Positions 11,259 to 22,160 of a stretch of DNA of 39,984 nucleotides are shown here, in pieces. The translations under genes were made by a program, and so were the position numbers. Below the pieces are notes generated by a model that was not told the origin of the DNA, did no database searches, and saw only the letters and a program-made list of their open reading frames with translations. Numbering within the stretch: the first letter of the stretch is position 1; each line of letters opens with the position of its first letter. Source of the stretch: Basidiobolus ranarum (lineage: Eukaryota); NCBI GenBank assembly GCA_040143965.1, contig JASJQH010000039.1:1-39984 (forward strand), given 5' to 3'.

Positions 11259-13084
11259 AAAGTTGAATTCTAAAAATTGGATCCAAATATTGATCTTTAA
11301 TTGGCAACATAAATAAGATATAAACCAATAACAATGGCCATCTGTATCTATTTAGAGGATTTTTCAAGCTCTCTACTAAGCAATATTATTTACATCCAAG
11401 GTTTGAAAATAATCGTGTATATCTTCACCAATTATCTTCACCGATATTCGATTTGACTATATGCACATTATGCTATTTGAATATAGTGAGCATAGGATTA
11501 GGTTGAATATCTCGTTTCTCATTTTATTCCGGCGCTAGTTGGGATGTTATCGTGATTATAGTTCAAGTCCCGACTTTACATTCGACGCTTAACTTATTAT
11601 CAAGACACAAGTAACTGGTAAAATATGAGAAAATTATCCCACAAGCTATGGAGTTTAATTTACGCCATGATATGTACATTCGAATTGCTTTCGAGCAGGT
11701 CCTATATTCCATTTGATAGAATAGTCATATTGGAATGCACTAAAGACAAAGAAAAGAAATTCAAACACATATGACAAAACTAACCTCAATTTGACAATGA
11801 ATGAGCTCTTGAAGCTACAAGGAAATTTTGGACTATGTATCGAGGTAATGTAGTGGCGAAAGTTACTTTTGAAACAGAAGACAGCCTTGGCTGTGAAGTA
11901 TTTGTATGAGACTGAAACTAATGCGCAGTAAATTAAATATAGTAAGTAGAGAAAGTTACTATTGACGAAGAAAGGAATGTAGCTAGCGGACCATAGATTT
12001 CCCAAATCTGCAGGTAAATCAATTCAGCTATCAAGATAAGTTTGTCATTAGGAACAGAACAGGTATGCTGATCAACTCTTGTGGATGGGAGCGAGGAGGG
12101 AACGCTGGGCATAGATGGTAATCTCATATACCAATTTCATCAACCAACACAGCAGTTAATATATTAATCAACTAGCATGCAGTTAATACAATATTGATAT
12201 ATTAAATCCATATATATCTGAATCAAGTTTGATATCTCAGCACATGTAGCAATCTTCAACCTGTGTTAAATCAGTCAACTCGTTTTTAAAGATGATTACA
12301 TCTAGGTTCACCAGATTGCTCACAAGTGGAGGTATAGGTTGCCGAAGTGGGATTACCATGCGAGGGTATATATACATATATAGGTTGACGAAGTGCATTA
12401 CCACTGGTATATGGTCACCTGCGTAGACCAATGGTGAGTCGTGATTTCACCAAGTTTGGTTCTGCCTGGTTGGTCACAGTGAGTTCATCGTTTGGCTTAG
12501 ATCTTACTAATTTTCATTACGGAAGTAGCTAAAAATGGAAAATCACATTGACACAGCAACAATTCCCTCACCACATATGGCGATGACGCTTCATAGCGAT
12601 ACAGTGGCCAATCACCGAGGAGGCTCGAGTAAGATCTCATCAGGCACAAACATCTTCAAGTTTAGCTTGAAGACATAATAGGTTGGGGTTACTGGAGGTG
12701 AGCCCATTGGATACCTCGAAGCCGATCAAGGACGAGATAAACTTGTCGTTAAGCAAACTTCGCTTTCATTTAGACAACACTTAGAGGACGCAACGCTCCA
12801 GCATAGGAGCTTTAGTATGAGAACTTGCATATAGTTGCATTCACAGTGATAGCCAGCATCTGTGAAGCATAATCAACGAATCAGCAGGTTCTCAAGGGCT
12901 GCACTAAATGTAACAGACACATCTTGCTTACACTAATAATAGAACAATCGCTCTTATTCTAGGTCACCCCAGTGTTTTGTCATCACAATCCTGAGATAAG
13001 CAAATGAGGTTAGAATTTCAACTGACAAGCGTCAACTGAGCCTAAATATGTCGATTCCTTCTGTCTGATGGTGACCAAGAGTGT

Positions 13085-13135
13085 GATGGCAGCCAAGGAT
13101 TCAAGAAATAATGCGATGGCAGCCAAGGACTCAAG
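13085..13135. repeat. 30-bp period direct repeat (2 copies)
   Basis: gatggcagccaaggattcaag at 13085 and gatggcagccaaggactcaag at 13115. Confidence 0.85.
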
Positions 13136-13706
13136 TGTAGCTGAAATAATGCTGGAATGGTGCTGCACTGAAGCTGGAATATGGCTGATATACAATGGCA
13201 GTAGTTTTGCTGGTCTGCCTTGACAAGCATCATTCGTTGGCTGCACCTCCTTACCTATTGCTGCTTACTGTTATTGTTTTCTTACCTCCTCTCTACCACT
13301 CATTCGCTGCCCTGTCCAAATGCCTGTTTCATACCCCAGCGGGATTGGTAGCGCTTCACCCTGATCTAGCCCTCGAATAAACATACCTTTATCTCCGTAA
13401 ACATTAAACAACATTAAATTGAATACCCGTCTATATGTATGGATTCAATTATTGCTTAATTAAAAAGAATCATCAAATTGACCATCTCACTTATCTTTCC
13501 ATATACGGTAATTGGCGAGTGGGAAGTCTATTCGCTCGTCATTGTCGCATATTGTAACTTTTTCTCAGAAAATCTCCTGTGCTTATATATTAATGGGAGA
13601 GATCTCTAGCTAATTTGCTTATTTTGGGTTTTGCTAATTCTTCTCCTCTTCTTGACTTCGTCGTTCCTTCTCATTACTTCCTTCGCTCAATTTTCAGTAT
13701 AGACAT

Positions 13707-15718
13707 ATGAGTGGGAACGAAGCCAACTATTGGAACCTCCTTCATTTATGTCGGTCTGTTCGCTTAGTGCAGGAGGACGACTTTTTAAGACTTTCAGAAT
13801 GGACTGATACTCCTTCTTTACCTTTACATGGCGACAGCCACTCTCAAAATAATAATAATAGCCCATTTTCTAGAAGTAATGCAAGAGGCAGGGCCACTTC
13901 AATTTCTTTACAAACCTCTGGGCCTACTTTTCAACTTACGTTTAAAGATAATGAAAGTATCGAAAAAAAGAGGGCTGATGGCCCAGTCCATGGTTTCTTC
14001 TCTAAAGAGGGCTCTCAGTTTCAATCTTTTGATATACCCCCCACCACTAAAATCCCTTTCTTGGACGAAAAAATCGATCCCAAACGGAAACAATATCGAA
14101 TTCTGGCTTTGTGGCCTTTACCTACAGTTACCCGTCACCTCATCCTACTCTCGCTCATCCTCTCATTAGTCAATACATTTGGTTTACTTACGGCAAAAAC
14201 TTGCTCGGCACCCTCCTTTGTTCTTTATCGTAAAGAGTATATCAGCTTGTTTTTGTCCCCATTTCTCATCCCTTTCACTCCTATCGGGCTTCTCATCGCC
14301 GGACTTAATTTCCTTACTCTGGGTCTTTTTGAAGAGTCTCTGTCCCACTTCTTGGGTGGTACCAAGCGTTTCCTGATCACTTTCATTGGTCTATTGTTCG
14401 GTGTTACTATAACTAGACAGTTCGTTGGTTACTTCTTTTCGCGCAGTACTGGCTGGGCCCTCCCCATGCTTTTCTTTAGTGACTCTTTACACGAGTGTAG
14501 TCAAGGTAAACATTTGATAAGATAGACCAGGATTGATGCATGAATACTGATATATATTTTAATTTAGGGATGTCTCCGTTTTTATTCTCCATGCTGGTAT
14601 TTCAGTCGGTGAATCTTCATGATAAGTACATCCTTTACTATGGTGATCAAGTCGACACACGTATCAAAGTACCGAAAGTTTGGATTCAACTGTCTCTGTG
14701 TATGTTGAACTTTCTACCCAAGAACTCCTTTTGGTGGAGTGCTAGCGGACTTTTCGTCGGTTTTGTCGCTACAATGAGATCTTATTACGTAGTCAAGCGT
14801 CAGAAAGTGACAAGACATTTCCCCAATGCATTGAAGAATTTCTCCACCGTCTACCTTAAGCAACTCTTTGTTAAAGCATTTAAGCGATGTGCATATGTTC
14901 TGGGAATTGCCGCTGTTCTTCTTGTACTATGCAATGTCTTATATACTAGACCCGTTCCAGTAGATCCTGAAGCTCTGACCTCTATTAGCGAAGATCGCTA
15001 TTTGATGACATTCTTGGTGATGACCGCACCTCGTACCGGAGAGCCAGATTTCCTTACTAACACAATAGAATCCTATCTCACACATTTTCCAGCTGAACCT
15101 GCTCTAGAATCTTTCTACTCCAGAGTGCAGATGGTAGTGTACACACATTTCAGTAATCATACTGCTTTTGATAGAGCCAAATCGAAGTTCGAAAGCACTC
15201 GTAAAGGTCAAAGATATATCAAATGGGTGCAAGAGCCAGGGTTTGAAAAGAATCAACGTTTGCATTTCTCCAAAGCCATGAAGATGGTAAGTGAGACGTA
15301 CCAGACATCTTACATCGAGATTGTGGAAGATGACTTTCCCCTATGTGAAGACACATGGCCTGAGTTCCTGAGAGTTTTGTATCATGCAAACAAGCATGTA
15401 CCCGAGCATTGCGGTGCATTTGTTGGCACTGGTGGTAGTGGACTAATCTTCAAGCGCCCTATTGTCGAGAGAGCCTATCAACTCCTTCTCTCCGAAGATC
15501 CAGCAACCCCTCCTGATATTATCCTTCAAAACTGTCTCCTGGGTATCACCCCGCAATGCCAGGAATGCAGCCAAACATTGGTGATCTCCAAGAGTTTACT
15601 GATGCATCACGTTGGCTATAATACGAGTACAAGCGACTCCAGGGCCTACAATTCCAATGAATTCCAGTGTGGTTGGAGGCATCCTTTCAACGGCGAGCAA
15701 AGCACCATTATCGTTTAA
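13707..15718 (+). CDS. Multi-pass rhomboid-like (pseudoprotease) domain fused to a C-terminal GT-A glycosyltransferase domain (GT54/MGAT4- or PGAP4-like), 2 exons
   Basis: Intron 14506-14567 joins the two ORFs in frame (CSQ-G-MSPFLF). About 7 hydrophobic helices, then FLVMTAPR...DFLTNTIESYL and YIEIVEDDFPLC. Confidence 0.7.
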
Positions 15719-16816
15719 GCTTCAGTTTGCAAGCGCCAGATTTACCGTTAGCGCTGCCTTACAGCCTTCACTCACAGTTGGTTTAGTTTTTGTTCTCTTC
15801 GCATATTTAGTTTTTGAGCCACCATTTGTAAATTTAGTTATTTCTTTATTACAGTTATGCGTATATCATTATGAATTTAATCTAATATTTACTTTCAACA
15901 TTATGAGGAAATATTTTATGTACACTTAACTCCTCATCCGATATTTCCTTTTCCTCTCGACGCATGCACCCCCTCCCTAATTCACTTCATCATATATCCT
16001 TTTATTTATTCCAATCGTCAGTCAAGATAAACTCGTTTCCGCACCTCGAATTCCTTTTCCACTCTTCTCAATAAATGCTTTTATGAAGGTAGCGCAGTAC
16101 CATGCTCAGTTAGTATAGTGTGACATTGATGTAACATTGATGTGATTAACGTCCATGCCAGCCAATGGAATCTATTCTTGGCATCTGGAAAATGAGCAAC
16201 TTATCCACAAGTAATTGGCTTCAGTGGATATTACTGGTCGTTCATTATACACAGCTGGATTTATGGTGGGTTTGTAACATTTCACTCGTTTCATGGCAAG
16301 TACATATATCCTTATTCACTTATCTCACCTCAACAGCATCAGATTTAAGCTCAGCATAGAGTAACGATTGGGGTAGGTTCGGTTCAAACAACCAAGTTAC
16401 ATATTCGTAAGGAGTGGGCAGATATCTTTATTTGTTAAAGTTACTCAATTTATTCAGCCATGTTTCAAATTCATTAACTTACTTGTTTGCACTCTATCTA
16501 CATCTACAATTACGAACGGTAGCTTGGGTATGTTGCAATCGGAGGTAATTTGGGAACTGGGGTGGATAGGGTATGGGACAATGTGGGTGGTAAGTTACAT
16601 GGTACTATTCTGAGTGAAGGTAAGCCTGTAAATGAGGTATTACATGAATCTTCTATTTCTTATCAGAAAGCTCCAAAGTCAGCCATACTTGTATTGTAGT
16701 CAGTTGCAACAGCTAAAGGTCTTCCAAAATCCCACTTTGGCGTAGTAATAATGTCCTAATGGAAACTCCAGTCTACAAATTGGATGGATAAGTTGTATCT
16801 CTTCTCAGCCGGACTG

Positions 16817-16881
16817 TCACATCAATTACTTGGAAATGTCTCGTAAACTATCACATCAATTACTTGGAAATGTCTCGTAAA
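16817..16881. repeat. 34-bp period tandem duplication
   Basis: tcacatcaattacttggaaatgtctcgtaaa identical at 16817 and 16851. Confidence 0.9.
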
Positions 16882-17410
16882 TTTCATGTTACGTGCTGTG
16901 ACTAGGTGAATCATGGATTCTAGACTGGTTGTGAAGAGTAGACTGGTTGTGGAGAGGGTGTCACCTATAGAAATTCTTCTCTTTCATGTTGGATTGGATT
17001 TGAACCCATTCCTTTGGCCGTCTTTGTTGATCCAAATTAATTCATCTATTTTGATGAATCTGACTCACCTCCGAATGGTTCCTCAATGGTTCCTCTATTC
17101 TCTCGTAGATCGAATCAATTCATGAAATTCACCGAACCTACTTTAATTCCTTGAAAGTCTCAGCTAAAGGTCTCACTCTGACTCTATTAAATTGTTAGAC
17201 TACTGGACTCAGAATAGCTAGCAAGAGACATCAAATCGATCAACCACCATGTGAGTAAAGAGAAAGGTGGTGGTTTTAATTTCCAACAAAGTAAGAAATG
17301 TCCATTGACATTGTTGGATGAACTTAGGGTTAGAACTCACAAAGTGGATATATAAACAACATCACGCTACCTTGTTCATATCAACATCCTCCCAATTCTT
17401 CATTAAAATC

Positions 17411-17722
17411 ATGTCTACCTTGTCAACAATAATAGTCGAAGACGCTGCTGCTTTCTATTCTCATATCATGTCTCGTAGACCAAATCCAATCGAATCTGAG
17501 GTGGAAACCATCCCTTCTCCTTCTCCCTCTCCATCGCCATCTCCCTCCCCTTCCGCGAAAAGAGTGGGCAATCATTGGAGTTACCAATTTCAATCGGACG
17601 AAATACTGGAGATTGCTGAGGTTTATTATGAAAACAAAAAAACTATCCGCTGTGAGTTTGATGTAGCCAGAAATCTTACGAGATATCTTAAGCGTAGAAC
17701 TCCCGGTCTCTCCCAATATTGA
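17411..17722 (+). CDS. Small orphan protein (103 aa) with (PS)n tract
   Basis: TATATAAA ~60 bp upstream, A-rich Kozak context (aaaatcATG), intronless ORF. The PS repeat uses varied synonymous codons. Confidence 0.55.
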   Translation: MSTLSTIIVEDAAAFYSHIMSRRPNPIESEVETIPSPSPSPSPSPSPSAKRVGNHWSYQFQSDEILEIAEVYYENKKTIRCEFDVARNLTRYLKRRTPGLSQY

Positions 17723-17913
17723 GGAGTCATGATCATCATCAACATTGTAAATAATCCATTCTTCCATTCATATTAATCCGATATTTTCACGAGGCGTGTC
17801 TACCTCACAATATGCCTGAAATCATTAACCGAATAAAAATCTATATCTTGAACACTTCGATGGCTTTTTATTATTTAAATGTATTGAGAAATGTTTACTT
17901 GTCAATGTCAATT

Positions 17914-20900
17914 TTAAATTTCGATTTTTTGGTCTTTCAAGTAGTCGGTTGTCAAATCCTCGTACTCCTCTTCTTTCACCTCATGCTTAGCTTTGATCTC
18001 ACGTTCGATTCTACCAATACTTTCAGACGATAAGTCTCGAGTTAAATTCGTTGCTTTATCGTCACTATCATCGTCATCATTGAAGAAGTGGAAGGAGGCA
18101 TCCGGCGATTTTGGTGACATTATCCCGGCATGTTCTAACAGATCATCCTCGTAATAATCACTCACGCCGCTAATCACTTGTGTTGGCGGTGTGTTATAAA
18201 ACACCTCATCTTGTAACCATTTCTCATAGTTCAGCTTGAAGTTTTCATCCAATACTTCGTTTTCTGTTGAGTTATGCTCTAAAAATGACTCCATAGAGCC
18301 TACTGATGAATGATTGGGTTCTTCTGACATAGTGGCTTTTTGAAATATTTGCGGATACCGAACTTCGTTATAAAATGAAGTAACCGTGCGAAGTGATTGT
18401 TCTTGGGCCTAAAGCCGATCTAATTAATAGGTTTTTAGGGCAAAAATTACGATGTATAGAACCTTACCATAGCTTCTTCAACATGTTCGCTCCCTTCTAT
18501 CAAGTACATCCAATCTTCCTTTAATTCCGGCCGACAATACATATATACGGAGGTCACTAATTTCATGTTACCTAATCATCAATTAAGATCGTTTAGTCAA
18601 TTAAATAATCTCCAACATGATCATACTGATATCTTACTCTGTCTCCATTTCTTCCCCAGGTAGGGTATCTGACTCTTTAGAAACTTCAAAGCGTAGAGCT
18701 GGAGTTGAGGTTGGGTAACTTTTAGAATTCTTTTAAATAAATTCTAAAAAATTAGACCGAAAGTTAGTCAGGGAATCTAATATATTATCATGAACTATCT
18801 ACACTCACGGTTGATTTATAGGTAAGCACAGTGAGTAAAATTCGATGTTTCTTGCGTTTCGTTAGCTTTTGCAAGATTCGGAGCAGATTTATGGCAGAAA
18901 ACATGTTCCTCCAAGAGACAACCGCATAAGTTGCCATCTGTGGACGTCCATCTCCGCTTTTATAACTGTACTTGCTTTCATTCCTTCTCTGAGATGCGCT
19001 GATTTCTTGTTTAATCGAATTGAGGTTAAGCGGCAATGTTTCCGACGAGTACCTACTATATTGCATGAAACTATAGAATGAAATATCAATATTCACACAA
19101 GTGTTAGTTCTATCTCTTACTACAAGTGATAATAAGAGATTTACCTCATCTGTTTAATATCATTACGAACGCTAGTGGTTGCTGAAACATCTTGTACACT
19201 GAAGATTTTTAGAATCAGAAGTAGACAATTGGAATCAAGCAAAAGTTGACAAAAATGCTCAAACTTCAAAATGTCTAGATACAACTATAAGATTAATATC
19301 TCAACTTTAGAAGTCCTCAATTTAGATAAATTTACGTACGGTTTAGCTTATAATATTTCAGCATCAAAAGAATAATCGCCGAAACGGCTTTGGACATGAT
19401 TTCTTTGGTACGTATGTGTTCAATTGTTTCAATTGTTTTCATATCAAACGCTTCAAGATCGTATTTTCCGGCGGTAAATCCTTCATTCACGTCAAGTAAG
19501 TCATTCAAGTAGACACCGATCATATCATATAATAGTGGTATACTAACCTTCCGTAGATGAAGACATGTCGGGTCGATTGGGCAAATCGTCACCATTTTTG
19601 GAGTTGTTGTTGCCACTAACGCCGGTAATGGTAGCTAGTAACATTTTAAGTAAAAAAACCACCACATTTTGAGCCATAGGTAAAGTCGATGTCTAAATAC
19701 AACTAGAGTTAGCGAAATAAGGATAAAGATTAGCTCTCAAGATGTTCTCACGTATAGAGCTTCAATTCTAGTTAGAATCTTCCTTGCTTCCTGAATCTGA
19801 TCTTCTTCATCTTTAATGGAGTTCTCATTTTGCTCTGAAGTTGACTTCACATTAACCTTCCAAGCTGTGTCATTTAATTGATCCATATATTCCGTGAACC
19901 GTTCATCTTTCTCTAAAAAGCCTCTTTCGTACCTACGTACGAGTTCCGTTTCCTTATGCATTTGAATCATGCCAGGACTAATGTACATAAATTTTTCGTA
20001 TGTTTCTTTAGCCTCTAATATAGAGTCAGGTACGGCTGGTGACTCATAAGATAACGGCAGTACGAAAGGTTGATTATGTGAATCTTTTTTCGTTGATCCG
20101 TAAGAAGGCTCGAATTGATGTATTAAAGGATTTTCCTCTGCGTCAGAGAAGAAAGATGGAAATTTGAGGGATGTGTCGAAACAAAAGTGATGATAATCAA
20201 ACGGAGTGGTCTTCGGCTTGTGTGCTGTTGAGTTTGATAAAGATCAGTTGCTCAGTGGTTTCTGAAGTTATAGCATATTTATGTTGCTGAATTAAACCTA
20301 CGTTGATTATAATACAAAGGTAAATTATTAAGCCACCAAGCATAGCTAGTAATGTTTTCCAAACTACAAGAACAAGCTTGGAAAATGTTAAACTTTGACA
20401 GATTTTAACTACTTAATTAGTACGTTGAATGGAAATCAGCTTACCTTTTTTACACAATAATTGCGCCCATTAGTGAATTTTATTGCCGGAAGTATTTTGA
20501 ACAGAAACTCTAGGATTGGAGTATCCAAGGCGGCTGAAAAGTTCAAAGAAAGTGTTACCATTTTATGTTTTAGAAAGTAAGCATTAAACAAATGTATACC
20601 TAGCTCATCCCCAAATTTTTTCTCTCCACAATGTGTCTCAACGAGAAAGTAGATTAACGTTAGATATAGTTCTAATTCACTATGAGCTTGGCCGATCTCT
20701 TCTAACCACTTCACATCCTCTTTGGAATCAACTGGATCTGGACGTGCATCACTTACTTGAAAGTTTAGGCGACTATCAGACGTAAAGTTATGATCTGTCA
20801 AACTCTTACCGAATTTGTTCGTAATTAGAATAAGCAAGCTTCAATCCTTGATAAAAGCTAACTAATGCCCCGCAAGATCTTAGCATTTTGTTGTTTTCTA

Positions 20901-21553
20901 TTATCCACTTTAGATGTTCATTGGGTGTACTACATTCTCCAAAAGTACCTAGTAGTAGAGAAATAAATATCCAATTAGATATACAATCGTCTACCTTCTT
21001 TGAACGTGAGGTTCACTCACCTAAGGCAATATATTGCAATTCCTTGGCAGCCAGGTATCTAATTTCGCCTATTTTAAGTTCAAGAGTCTCTAGCAATACG
21101 TCAATATAATCTTTGCGCTCAGCTGAAGTTCTTTTCGTCCAATCTTGGGGTTAATTTTGAAAGGTTGGTCAAGAAGATATCCTAATAATCCATTATATTG
21201 ATGTAAAGGATGATTTCCATCTCTCGTTACCTGTTTCCTTTACTTCGTCCATAACATGTCGTAATTGTAGAGTAGCATTCATTTCACTGTACGAAAAAAA
21301 ATCGTCAAATTCTCTAGGTAGAGCATCAGTATCACCGTACGTGAACAGATAATGAACATTCTAAATAAACACGTTGGAAATTTTCGAAGGTTAAATCTTT
21401 ATGTTGGCTATTGGTTAATTGAACAGTAAGAAAAACCTTATTTTTATTGGGAACTTGGCGAATAACTTGTTTCAATTGGGAGAGAGTTAAAGAATCAGGT
21501 GGTAAGGATTTCTTACGCCGGTTGAATGAGCCTGACCTAAAAGGAAGATCCAT
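17914..21553 (-). CDS. FAR11: STRIPAK subunit Far11/STRIP1 (N1221 + DUF3402), multi-exon
   Basis: DSLTLSQLK, YIALGTFGE, KKLVLVVWKTLL, RTKEIMSKAVSAIILLMLK, SWRNMFSAINLLRILQKLTKRK, YALKFLKSQIPYLGKKWRQS and YCRPELKEDWM. Confidence 0.92.
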
Positions 21554-22160
21554 TTGGTTCACTTCACTTGGTTTTAGTGGTAATTGCAGAGAGACCTTTT
21601 TGGGTCGATTGAGTGTATGCTGAATATATTTAATCACATTTGAAAGGGTGATTAATTAGTTTGCTATTTAGCTTTAATGCTACTAAAACTAACGTTAAAT
21701 AACTGACGAATTGGAATCAATTATCAATCATCTACTGTTTATGCTTTTGGATGGCAGAGTTGTGGAAAGAGAATGAGCATTAAATATAAAAGTAAGCGAT
21801 ATTAGTAACCATACTTTGTTGCTGATTGCTATTAACTAAAAATGTAGAGGATTTGAAGACTAGGGGGACTAGTTACTTTATGTTTATGTGCCTACAGTGA
21901 CAATATCCAGGATATCATTTATTATCCCAAGTGGAAAAATATATTCTCCATTTTACAATAACAAATCTAAAATCAGATCATTGGACCTTGTTTATAAAAT
22001 TGAATTTAGGTGAAATGCAAATAGCGTTAATGTTCAATGTACGCTCTTTGTTTATAGACAGTCCTTTTCCTCAGTGTACATACAGTACTACAAACTCGTA
22101 ACACGTATTTTGACTCACAGACAAATCGTTTATCTTCAAGCTTTTAGAGTGTGTTGAAAC

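Noticed and set aside
16817-16960. 31-bp direct repeats as a CRISPR array
   Set aside because: Only two adjacent copies with a 3-nt gap, no spacers and no cas genes, in a eukaryotic context.
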